Source: Candidatus Omnitrophota bacterium (GTDB taxonomy: Bacteria > Omnitrophota > Gorgyraeia > Velamenicoccales > JABMQK01). Taken from it: a stretch of DNA of 64,000 nt. Where the stretch lies: the NCBI GenBank assembly GCA_028711115.1, contig JAQTSV010000001.1, positions 390,032 to 454,031 on the forward strand. The letters are read 5' to 3'. The notes under the pieces were generated by a model that was not told the origin of the DNA, did not search any database, and saw only the letters and a program-made list of their open reading frames with translations. A program made the position numbers and the translations under genes. Of this stretch, positions 27,692 through 36,435 are shown in pieces (within the stretch, counting starts at the first letter, position 1; the number at the start of each line of letters is the position of its first letter).

Positions 27692-29040
27692 AAGACGTTC
27701 AATCAGCGATAAAAGAGACGCGGCTGCACTTTGGCCCTAACAAACTGCAGGAGCTGATTCGTCTGGTTTACGAAGTTTCCCGAAGAGACAATATACCTCC
27801 CAGAATCCTCTTAAAGCAAGCCACAAAAAATACCAAGACGGAAGACACAAGGCAGGCCTTTGTCTATTTACGGGATTACTTTTTAAAGAAAAGATTCTCT
27901 ATCGCATATGGTAACAGTGGCAATTTTAAATGTTATCTTCCCAAGGTAAGCCTTGATAAAAAAGCGGTAGTCTCAAAGGAAAATTTGGGTAATTTTTATC
28001 CGGAAAACATATTTGTTGAGCAGGACGTCAAAGATTACAGTCTGACAAAGAGAATGCTTAAAAGTTTTTCTTCAGCCAGGCATATCGTTATAAATTACAT
28101 CGGCGATTATGTAAAATCACAAAAAAACAAAACTCCCATAATTAATTATAATTCAAGGGCCAAGAATCTTTTTCTAATAAAAGAGAGATTCGATTTCATA
28201 AAACCCTGTCCTTGTTCCAAAGGGGTTATAGGATGTGGTTATTGCATATTAAATTTAGGATTTGGCTGCATATATGAATGCAGTTATTGTTTTCTGCAGG
28301 GCTACACAAATGCCCACGGCATAATTTTACCTGTAAACATAGAGGATTTTTTAAAAAGATTGGGATGGTTCATCAATAAAAGTAAAGTCCCGATAAGAAT
28401 AGGTACAGGAGAATTCACTGATTCGCTGGCCTTGGATAATCTGACAGATTTTTCCAAAATATTGATAGATTTTTTCTCCCGGTCAGAAAACGCCAAATTG
28501 GAACTGAAGACAAAGAGCAATAACGTAAAAAATATTTTAAAGTTAAGGCATAACAAAAATACGGTTATTTCCTGGTCGCTGAATCCGCAGCCGATTATCG
28601 ACAGCGACGAATGGCAAGCCAGCAGCCTAAAACAAAGGCTTGATGCCGCCAAAGAATGTTGCCAGGCGGGCTATCCAGTGGGTTTTCATTTTGATCCAAT
28701 CATCTATTCTTCTAATTGGGAGAATTTATACAGGGAACTCGTAGATAATTTATTTAAGAAAATCGGTTTTCGTGATATCGCATGGATAAGTTTAGGTACT
28801 TTTCGTTTCGTGCCCAGGCTAAAGACAATCATTGAGCAGCGTTTTCCCAACACCAAGATTCTGAATGAGGAATTAATGCTGGGTTTTGACAAGAAATTAA
28901 GATACAACCCTGGATTAAGAACCGGTATATACAAGAAGATGTCTTCTTGGATAAAGAGTTATTCTGGCTCGGCCAGGGTATATTTATGTATGGAACCAAA
29001 AGAGATTTGGCAGGATGTGCTTGGCAGATGCAAGTTTTAA
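27661..29040 (+). CDS. Radical SAM enzyme of the spore-photoproduct-lyase (SplB-like) family with N-terminal extension
   Basis: GCIYECSYCFLQ (CxxxCxxC followed by YC(F/Y)LQ, as in SplB). Preceded by an extra CPC-x6-CGYC cluster. 31-nt overlap with the upstream gene. Confidence 0.7.
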   Translation: MRFYQETKRLEDVQSAIKETRLHFGPNKLQELIRLVYEVSRRDNIPPRILLKQATKNTKTEDTRQAFVYLRDYFLKKRFSIAYGNSGNFKCYLPKVSLDKKAVVSKENLGNFYPENIFVEQDVKDYSLTKRMLKSFSSARHIVINYIGDYVKSQKNKTPIINYNSRAKNLFLIKERFDFIKPCPCSKGVIGCGYCILNLGFGCIYECSYCFLQGYTNAHGIILPVNIEDFLKRLGWFINKSKVPIRIGTGEFTDSLALDNLTDFSKILIDFFSRSENAKLELKTKSNNVKNILKLRHNKNTVISWSLNPQPIIDSDEWQASSLKQRLDAAKECCQAGYPVGFHFDPIIYSSNWENLYRELVDNLFKKIGFRDIAWISLGTFRFVPRLKTIIEQRFPNTKILNEELMLGFDKKLRYNPGLRTGIYKKMSSWIKSYSGSARVYLCMEPKEIWQDVLGRCKF

Positions 29041-29144
29041 TTTGTTGCTATCTTTCATAACTTATTCTGTTTTAAAAAGTTATAACTCATATCCATATTT
29101 TTATTAGCTGCCATATATTTAAAATTTTGATATAACCATTTTTC

Positions 29145-29172
29145 TTGACAAAAGTTACCTTTTTGTTATTAT
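29145..29172 (+). promoter_or_regulatory. Putative sigma70-type promoter (TTGACA-16-TATTAT)
   Basis: TTGACA at 29145-50 and TATTAT at 29167-72, in an AT-rich gap upstream of the lipoprotein gene. Confidence 0.35.
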
Positions 29173-29238
29173 GTTCTTTAAAAATACTGGTTTGTTTTTA
29201 GAAGACGGTAAGTTGAATTTTGAAAGGAGGTAGTTGTG

Positions 29239-29727
29239 ATGGGGAAAAACAGAGTCGGTTTATTAGTATTGGCAGTATTGTTTTTGTTTGCAGTGAGCGG
29301 ATGCGTCTCTTTATCTCAGAATAAGAGCAATAAAGATTTACAGGAAAAGGTGAATAAATTAGAAGAGCGCGTAGATAGACTTGAACAGGGCGAAGTTCAA
29401 TCCGGAACGCAGATTAATGCACAGCCAAAGCAAGGCATAACAGGAGGGGCTAGTTCCGCTGAACAGCCAACCGTCAAAAAAGAAGTTTCGGGAATTCCTG
29501 CCAACGAAGATATCCAGACGGCCTTAAAGAATGCCGGGCTTTATGACGGGGCAGTAGATGGTAAGATTGGCCCCAAGACACGCAGCGCAATTAAGGAATT
29601 TCAGAAACAGAATAACCTTGAGGCCGACGGAATAGTAGGCAAAAAAACCTGGGAGGTCTTGAGTAAATTCTATTATGCCACAGGAGAAAAGAAAGACGAC
29701 ACACAGCAGGTTAGCGAAGCTCAATAA
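29239..29727 (+). CDS. Lipoprotein with C-terminal peptidoglycan-binding (PG_binding_1) domain
   Basis: Lipobox AVSGC. C-terminal IQTALKNAGLYDGAVDGKIGPKTRSAIKEFQKQNNLEADGIVGKKTW. GGAGG RBS; an alternative GTG start lies at 29236. Confidence 0.7.
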   Translation: MGKNRVGLLVLAVLFLFAVSGCVSLSQNKSNKDLQEKVNKLEERVDRLEQGEVQSGTQINAQPKQGITGGASSAEQPTVKKEVSGIPANEDIQTALKNAGLYDGAVDGKIGPKTRSAIKEFQKQNNLEADGIVGKKTWEVLSKFYYATGEKKDDTQQVSEAQ

Positions 29728-29772
29728 CAATGAAGACAAACATTAAACTAATTTAAGGATACGGGAGGAGCA

Positions 29773-30240
29773 ATGGACAGGCGCATCATAAGTTTTAAAT
29801 TATTAGTTGTGGTAGTGGTGGTTTTAGGTTTTGCTTTTGCTATCACCAGTTGCAATAAAAGAACACAGGAATCACCTTTTAAGACAGAGTTGCCGGATTA
29901 CAATACAACCATAGCCATAAGTTCTACCGATGAAGCAGCACAGGTTGCCGAACCCACCGTTTTAGAACCGACAGAAGCAGCCGCAGGTAAAATGAGTACC
30001 GAAGTAGATGCCAGCGGTTATGTGGCACCTACACCTCAGGAAATTCAGACTGCTTTGAAGAACGCCGGCTATTACAAAGGCGATGTTGATGGTAAGATTG
30101 GCCCGAAATCCAAACAGGCTATCATGGATTTTCAAAAGGATAATAATTTGGGCACAGATGGAAAAGTTGGCCCAAAGACTTGGTCCAAGTTAAAGGCCCA
30201 TCTTAATGTTCAGAGCTCTCAAGCTTCTGTGAAAGAGTAA
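29773..30240 (+). CDS. Lipoprotein with C-terminal peptidoglycan-binding domain (tandem paralogue)
   Basis: Lipobox AITSC. C-terminal IQTALKNAGYYKGDVDGKIGPKSKQAIMDFQKDNNLGTDGKVGPKTW. Confidence 0.7.
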   Translation: MDRRIISFKLLVVVVVVLGFAFAITSCNKRTQESPFKTELPDYNTTIAISSTDEAAQVAEPTVLEPTEAAAGKMSTEVDASGYVAPTPQEIQTALKNAGYYKGDVDGKIGPKSKQAIMDFQKDNNLGTDGKVGPKTWSKLKAHLNVQSSQASVKE

Positions 30241-30399
30241 GCTGTAAAAACACGCATTATTCTTTAGATTTATTGTATTTCTGCTTATGTGAGTTAGGTT
30301 CTCTAACCACAGGATAATCCCTTTTTAAATAAATTAATTATAATGATAAGAAAAACAAATTATTTAACCACGTTTATTCGGGACAGAGGCCGCATATAG

Positions 30400-30876
30400 A
30401 TGTCTGAAGATATTTTTCTGACTCAGGCAGGTTACGATAAATTAAAGGAAGAGCTGGATTATTTAATTAAAGTGCGCAGGAGAGATATCACCCAACAAGT
30501 CAGGGAGGCGCGCCTAAAAGGAGATTTAAAGGAAAACGCCGAATATGATGCTGCCAAAGAAGCACAGGCCAGTTTGGAGAGTAAGATTTCGGAGCTGGAG
30601 TTTAAGTTAAGCAATGCGCGCATTATCGAAAGAGAAGGCATAGCAAAAGACAAGGTTTATATAGGCGCTACGGTAACTCTCCTGGATTTGGATACAGACG
30701 CCAAAGAAGTTTATATCTTGGTGTCCAAAGAAGAAGCAGATTATTCCCAGGGCAAGATTTCTATTGAATCGCCCATCGGAAAAGCCATATTAGGCAAAAA
30801 GATAGATGATATTGTTAGCGTGAGAGCGCCTGTGGGAGAATTAAAATATAAAATAATCGATATACAAAGATTGTAA
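30400..30876 (+). CDS. greA: Transcription elongation factor GreA
   Basis: LT..G...L..EL..L....R......I..AR..GDL.ENAEYDAAKE pattern, full length. Confidence 0.95.
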   Translation: MSEDIFLTQAGYDKLKEELDYLIKVRRRDITQQVREARLKGDLKENAEYDAAKEAQASLESKISELEFKLSNARIIEREGIAKDKVYIGATVTLLDLDTDAKEVYILVSKEEADYSQGKISIESPIGKAILGKKIDDIVSVRAPVGELKYKIIDIQRL

Positions 30877-30915
30877 TAAAGATTATAATTAGGAAACTAA
30901 TATAATAATAAAGAT

Positions 30916-33900
30916 ATGGCGCAAAAATTAGATTTTGACCACAAGAAAGTCAAGTATTCATTAAAAGACGATGGCAGATTCATCATCGAGAATTATAACT
31001 TTTCAAAGCCATTCTCCAGTTTTTTCCCCGGCATAGCCGGTTTATACGGAATACCCATGTGGGTATTTTATGTAAACAGAGGCCAGGGAATCGCCAGTTT
31101 CGGTATCAATTCCAAGGACCATCCGCTCTTGGAATTCTTTCCTGCAGATAAGACCTATGAAATGGTTTCCCGTCGGGGATTCCGGACATTTATAAAATTA
31201 AAAAAGAATAACAACATAACTTATTACGAACCTTTCCAGAACTCGTTAAGCAATTTGGTATTTCAGAGGAAGAATCGTATAGTTATAAATTTCTCTGAAC
31301 TGGGATTAGAAGAAGAAAACTTATCTTTAGGATTAAATGTCAGAGTAAACTATTTCACTATCCCTTCAGATAATTTTGCAGGGCTGGTGAGAATATTAAG
31401 TATAAAAAATACCTCAAGAAAGCCGCAGACGATTGAATTAATCGATGGGCTCCCCATAATTATTCCTTACGGTCTTAGCAATATGTTCTTAAAGAAACTC
31501 AGCCGCACAATTGAAGCCTGGATGGGCGTGGAGAATTTGGAAAACAATGCAGCGTTTTATCGCCTGAAAGTCGATCCCACCGACAGGCCAGAAATTATAC
31601 ACATAAAAAAAGGCAACTTCTATCTAAGTTTTTATGAGCAGGATGAAAAAGCTACTTTGCTAAAACCAATCGTAGACCCGGAGTGCGTATTCGGCAGAGT
31701 TACGGATTTGTCTTTCCCGTATTTATTCTTGAAAGAGAATAATTTCACCTATCCCAGACAGCAGATTGTCCAAAGTAGAACCCCGTCAGCGCTCTCTTTT
31801 ATAAAGACTCAGCTTAAGAAAGACGAAGAATTTGTATTGTATAGTGTTTGTGGCAATATGGATTATCTCGAGAAGTTAAACAGAAATATCAAACGCATCG
31901 CCAAAACCGACTATATAAAATCAAAACAAAAAGAAAATAACCAGATTGTCGCCTCAATCATGCAGAATGCCGCAACATTGTCTTCTTCCGATACTTTTAA
32001 TTTGTATGCCAAAGGTACGTTTTTAGATAATGTGATGCGCGGCGGCCTGCCCATAACTTTAGATAAGGAAAAAGGCGAAGTTGTCTACGTTTATTCGCGT
32101 AAGCACGGCGATTTAGAGAGGGATTACAATAAATTTGTCACGCAGCCGACTTATTTTTCGCAGGGTAACGGTAATTACAGGGATATAAATCAAAACCGCA
32201 GAAACGATATCTTTTTTAATCCCGAGTTAAAAGAAGCCAACATCGTCAGTTTTCTTAATTTTATTCAGTTGGACGGCTTTAATCCTTTAGTCATAAAAGG
32301 CATAAGCTATCATATAGAAGACAAAGATAAAATTTCCAAAATCTTAAGAGATTATTTAGACGATAACGACAAGAACCTTTTGAGTTCATTTTTATCGAAG
32401 CCGTTTTATATCGGCGAGCTTTTTATGTGGCTGGAGGAACACAACATAAACATCAAGGGCGACAAGAACGAATTCATAAAGAAGGTATTGTCTTTCAGCA
32501 TAAAACAGGAAGACGCAGAATACAAAGAAGGATTCTGGACCGACCATTGGACATATAATTTGGATTTAATAGAGAGCTATCTTGCTGTTTATCCCGAAAA
32601 ATTAAAATATATACTATTGGATAAGAAGGAATTTACTTTTTATGACGATTGCTGGACGGTAAATCCTCGCATTAAAAAATATGTTTTGTATGGTATAAAT
32701 CCGCGGCAGCTTAATGCAGTTGCGATTTCTAAAGAAAAACAGGTATTGATAGAAGGAAGAAAAGTCGAGCCGCATAAAGTGCGCATTGATTTTGGAAAAG
32801 GCGAGATATATAAGACTAATCTATTAGAGAAATTCATCTGCATAATCTTGAATAAACTGGCTTCGCTCGATCCGTTCGGCGTGGGCATAGAGATGGAAGC
32901 AAACAAACCCGACTGGTACGATGCCCTTAACGGCCTGCCTGCGCTTCTGGGTTCATCTATTTCGGAAACGATGGAACTTAAGAGGTTGATTCTATTTATA
33001 GAAAAGTCACTGAAGGAGTTAGGCCTAAAAGAAGATTCGAAAATCGAAATGGCAGAAGAGTTTTTTGAATTCTACAATGGTTTATCACAATTGTTAGAGG
33101 CCAAAGACGAAGATTCACAGGAAGGCAATTTTGTATTTTGGGATAAAAGTTATAGTTTAAAGGAAGAATACAGAGAAAAAACAATCTTAGGCTTAAGTGG
33201 AAAAGAAAAACAGATTAGCTTGTCAGATTTTATGCAATTCCTTAATCGCGCCCTGGCAAAGGTTGAAAGAGCAATATGCAAATCCTATAATCCCAAAGAT
33301 AAAACTTACAATACCTATTTTATAAATGAAATCGAGAAATTTGAGCGTATCGGCGAAGATAAAGAAGTCGTTTTTATAAAACCGCTCAAATTCAGGCAAA
33401 AGGCGCTGCCTCTATTTTTGGAAGGTTTTGTTCACGCCTTAAAGATAACAGATAAAATCACCGACAAGAAATCCATATATGAAGCAGTGAGAAGAAGTAA
33501 ACTTTACGATAATGCCTTGGGCATGTATAAAGTTAACGCTCCGCTGGAAGGCCAGCCGGAGGAAATCGGCAGAGCCAGAGTATTTACGCCGGGCTGGTTA
33601 GAAAACGAATCTGTTTGGCTGCATATGGAATATAAGTATTTATTGGAACTTTTAGAATCCGGTTTACATGATGAATTTTATAAAGATTTCTTTAGAATTC
33701 TGATTCCTTTCCAGGATCCCCAAAGATACGGACGCAGTATATTGGAAAATTCTTCTTTCTTGGTAAGCAGTGCTTTCCCCGACGCTAAATTGCACGGCAA
33801 TGGTTTTGTAGCGAGATTAAGCGGTTCCACATCAGAATTTTTACACATCTGGTTATTGATGAATGTGGGGGTTGCGCCGTTCTTTTTAGACGGCAAAGGA

Positions 33901-34227
33901 AAGTTATGTCTTAGATTTCAGCCAATTCTGCATAAAGACCTGTTTACGAAAAAAGAAATTAAATTCAATTACGCTACCAACGGCGATAAAGAAGTTTTGA
34001 TTGAGAAAAATTGTTATGCCTTTAATTTCTTGGGTAATACTTTGGTTGTTTACCATAATCCCAAAAGGTTAAATACTTATGGTAACAATGCTGCCAAGAT
34101 AAAGAAGATTATTTTAGAGGACAGGCAAAACAAAAAGCATGAAATCAATTCCGATTTGATATCCCCGGACTACTCCTATAATATCCGTTTGGCTAAATTC
34201 TTCCGCATAGACATATATCTTTCCTGA
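30916..34227 (+). CDS. Large (1103-aa) uncharacterised protein, possibly a distant GH94-like (alpha/alpha)6-barrel glycoside phosphorylase/hydrolase
   Basis: A single uninterrupted ORF, so coding status is secure. The functional hint is only the motif KPDWYDALNG (32911-32931), which resembles the xDWNDxxN motif I recall from GH94 phosphorylases, plus protein size and domain length. Confidence 0.45.
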   Translation: MAQKLDFDHKKVKYSLKDDGRFIIENYNFSKPFSSFFPGIAGLYGIPMWVFYVNRGQGIASFGINSKDHPLLEFFPADKTYEMVSRRGFRTFIKLKKNNNITYYEPFQNSLSNLVFQRKNRIVINFSELGLEEENLSLGLNVRVNYFTIPSDNFAGLVRILSIKNTSRKPQTIELIDGLPIIIPYGLSNMFLKKLSRTIEAWMGVENLENNAAFYRLKVDPTDRPEIIHIKKGNFYLSFYEQDEKATLLKPIVDPECVFGRVTDLSFPYLFLKENNFTYPRQQIVQSRTPSALSFIKTQLKKDEEFVLYSVCGNMDYLEKLNRNIKRIAKTDYIKSKQKENNQIVASIMQNAATLSSSDTFNLYAKGTFLDNVMRGGLPITLDKEKGEVVYVYSRKHGDLERDYNKFVTQPTYFSQGNGNYRDINQNRRNDIFFNPELKEANIVSFLNFIQLDGFNPLVIKGISYHIEDKDKISKILRDYLDDNDKNLLSSFLSKPFYIGELFMWLEEHNINIKGDKNEFIKKVLSFSIKQEDAEYKEGFWTDHWTYNLDLIESYLAVYPEKLKYILLDKKEFTFYDDCWTVNPRIKKYVLYGINPRQLNAVAISKEKQVLIEGRKVEPHKVRIDFGKGEIYKTNLLEKFICIILNKLASLDPFGVGIEMEANKPDWYDALNGLPALLGSSISETMELKRLILFIEKSLKELGLKEDSKIEMAEEFFEFYNGLSQLLEAKDEDSQEGNFVFWDKSYSLKEEYREKTILGLSGKEKQISLSDFMQFLNRALAKVERAICKSYNPKDKTYNTYFINEIEKFERIGEDKEVVFIKPLKFRQKALPLFLEGFVHALKITDKITDKKSIYEAVRRSKLYDNALGMYKVNAPLEGQPEEIGRARVFTPGWLENESVWLHMEYKYLLELLESGLHDEFYKDFFRILIPFQDPQRYGRSILENSSFLVSSAFPDAKLHGNGFVARLSGSTSEFLHIWLLMNVGVAPFFLDGKGKLCLRFQPILHKDLFTKKEIKFNYATNGDKEVLIEKNCYAFNFLGNTLVVYHNPKRLNTYGNNAAKIKKIILEDRQNKKHEINSDLISPDYSYNIRLAKFFRIDIYLS

Positions 34228-34389
34228 AATTATCCAGTCCGCATTCGCGCCACAAATTAATTAGGCCAATCTTTTTTATTTATCGCTTTAAAAATAATAT
34301 TTTAGTTGCAATAGGTATCTATATGTATTAAATTATTACTATAATTCATAGATTAAGTTATTCTCTAATGTTTACGGGAGAGATTTAAT

Positions 34390-35580
34390 ATGGCAATGAA
34401 GATACTTTTGGCAGAAAAAGACGAAAGCTTAATAGAAATCTTGCATATGCTGCTTAAGTCTTTTAAATACGAAGTAGCCATTTCCCGCAGCGCAGACGAT
34501 ACACTGTCAACCATAAAGGAAGTCTCACCGGATTTAATTCTCATCGATACAAATCTTTCCGACGCAGACGGCCTGGAGGTATCCAAAGCTATAAAAGAGG
34601 ATTTTCTAACCGCCTATATTCCTATAATTGTGTTGATTGACCGCAGGCAGGTAAGAAGGGATTTACTCGAGATTGAACAGGGAATAGATGACTACATTAT
34701 AAAGCCTCCGGACCCTATTGATTTGCAGATACGCATTGAAATGGCCGTGCGCCGGGCCACGCATCAGTTTTTTGCCAATGCACTCACCAGATTACCGGGT
34801 AATAGAACCATTGAGATAGTTTTAAAGAAAGTTATCCAGTCAAACGATCAGTTTTCTTTTGGTTACGTCGATGTCGATAGATTCAAATATTTTAACGATC
34901 ATTACGGTTATCTGAAAGGAGATGTTGTCATAATACAGACTTCCCAGATTATCTCGCGCATAGTTAAGGAATACGGCAACAAGACTGATTTTGTAGGACA
35001 TGTGGGCGGAGATGATTTTGTATTTATCACTACTCCCGACAAAGAAGAGGTTATAGCCAAAGAAATTATTAAAGAATTTGACAGGTTGATTCCTTATCAT
35101 TATTCCAAAGAAGACCGCCTGAGAGGTTATGTTGAAACCAAAGACCGCCAGGGGAAATTATCCAAAATACCGCTTATGGATATTTCTATTGCCCTGGTAA
35201 ACAATGTGAATGTCAAAATCAACAGCCTCGTCGAGTTAAGCGAGATAGCTTCGGAGATAAAAGGTCATTTAAAGACAATCGCGGGAAGCAAATTCCTTAA
35301 GAATCGCAGGGTGGAGAACAAAGGCAAAACCATCAGAAAAAAAGATGCCGATAAAACCAAAGGGCAGATTAAACGTACAGAAAAACCGCATCCCAAGAGG
35401 CCGCTGGGCCAGTTGTTGCTCGAGGCAAATCTTATTAATGAGGAGACGCTGGAGGAAGCCTTGGTCAGGCACTGGCGTTCAGGCCAGAATTTAGGCCAGA
35501 CTTTGGTAAGGATGGGTTTGGTGGATCAAGACGATATTTTAAATATGTTGAAATTACAGGAGGATAACGCAAAGTGTTAA
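34390..35580 (+). CDS. Response-regulator receiver + GGDEF-type domain (GGDDF) + C-terminal MshEN/T2SSE_N-like c-di-GMP-binding motif pair
   Basis: Receiver (DLILIDTNLSDADG, DYIIKP). GGDEF fold (LTRLPGNR..., YVDVDRFKYFND, GGDDF at 35005-35019). The C-terminal 53 aa (35401-35559) match the tandem 24-residue MshEN motif with a 5-residue spacer. Confidence 0.75.
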   Translation: MAMKILLAEKDESLIEILHMLLKSFKYEVAISRSADDTLSTIKEVSPDLILIDTNLSDADGLEVSKAIKEDFLTAYIPIIVLIDRRQVRRDLLEIEQGIDDYIIKPPDPIDLQIRIEMAVRRATHQFFANALTRLPGNRTIEIVLKKVIQSNDQFSFGYVDVDRFKYFNDHYGYLKGDVVIIQTSQIISRIVKEYGNKTDFVGHVGGDDFVFITTPDKEEVIAKEIIKEFDRLIPYHYSKEDRLRGYVETKDRQGKLSKIPLMDISIALVNNVNVKINSLVELSEIASEIKGHLKTIAGSKFLKNRRVENKGKTIRKKDADKTKGQIKRTEKPHPKRPLGQLLLEANLINEETLEEALVRHWRSGQNLGQTLVRMGLVDQDDILNMLKLQEDNAKC

Positions 35581-36410
35581 AGTTTATCTTATTAGGTTTG
35601 GTCCAGGGCCTTACCGAATTTCTTCCTGTGAGCAGCTCCGGGCATTTGGTTGTATTACAGAAAATTCTGGAGATAAATCAAAACGTAGTTTTCCTGGATG
35701 TGGTGTTGCACTTAGGCAGTTTATGCGCATTAATAGTGTTTTTCAGAAGGGATATTTTTGTTTTATTCTCCGGATTTATTACCGCAATATACGACATGGT
35801 GTTTTATAGACGGATTTCTCATGTTTGGCACTATAACGATAAATTTAAATTATGCATTTATATAGTAGTAACCACTGTCATCACCGGATTTATCGCTGTG
35901 ATTGGCAAGGAATTTTTTGAAAGTCAATTTGAATCTATAAATACCGTAATCTTAGGATTATTTTTTGTCGGCATAATTCTTTTTCTCACTAAAAATTTTG
36001 ATTATGGTCAGAGATATTTAAGGCATATTTGCCTTAAGGATTCCATATTGTTAGGGTTAGTTCAGGCTTTAGCTATCATTCCGGGAATTTCCCGTTCAGG
36101 CATTACTATTTCTACACTTATATTTTTAAATGTAGACAGGGAGAGTGCATTTAAACTTTCTTTTCTTGTATCGATACCAGCGATTTTAGGGGCATTTGTT
36201 TTAAAACTTAACGATATACAAGGCACAACGCTGGATTTTCCGTTATTATATTTAATCTCGGGGTTTTTATTTGCTTTTATAAGCGGATTGTTGGCGCTTT
36301 ATGTTTTACGTTCGATTCTAAAAGGTAAAATTGGTTTCTCCAGATTTTCCTATTATTGTTTTTTGCTGGCGATAACGATACTCATATTTAAAATGCACAA
36401 TATTTTTTAG
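35574..36410 (+). CDS. uppP: Undecaprenyl-diphosphate phosphatase
   Basis: GLVQGLTEFLPVSSSGHL and PGISRSG motifs, polytopic membrane protein. GTG start overlaps the upstream stop. Confidence 0.9.
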   Translation: MLKFILLGLVQGLTEFLPVSSSGHLVVLQKILEINQNVVFLDVVLHLGSLCALIVFFRRDIFVLFSGFITAIYDMVFYRRISHVWHYNDKFKLCIYIVVTTVITGFIAVIGKEFFESQFESINTVILGLFFVGIILFLTKNFDYGQRYLRHICLKDSILLGLVQALAIIPGISRSGITISTLIFLNVDRESAFKLSFLVSIPAILGAFVLKLNDIQGTTLDFPLLYLISGFLFAFISGLLALYVLRSILKGKIGFSRFSYYCFLLAITILIFKMHNIF

Positions 36411-36435
36411 TTCTAAATCAGAAGGGAGTTAAAAT

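Noticed and set aside
29041-29110. An AT-only hairpin (ATAACTT-n13-AAGTTAT) after the radical SAM gene, as a possible terminator.
   Set aside because: A 7-bp stem of A/T pairs with a 13-nt loop has negligible predicted stability, so it is not reported as a feature.
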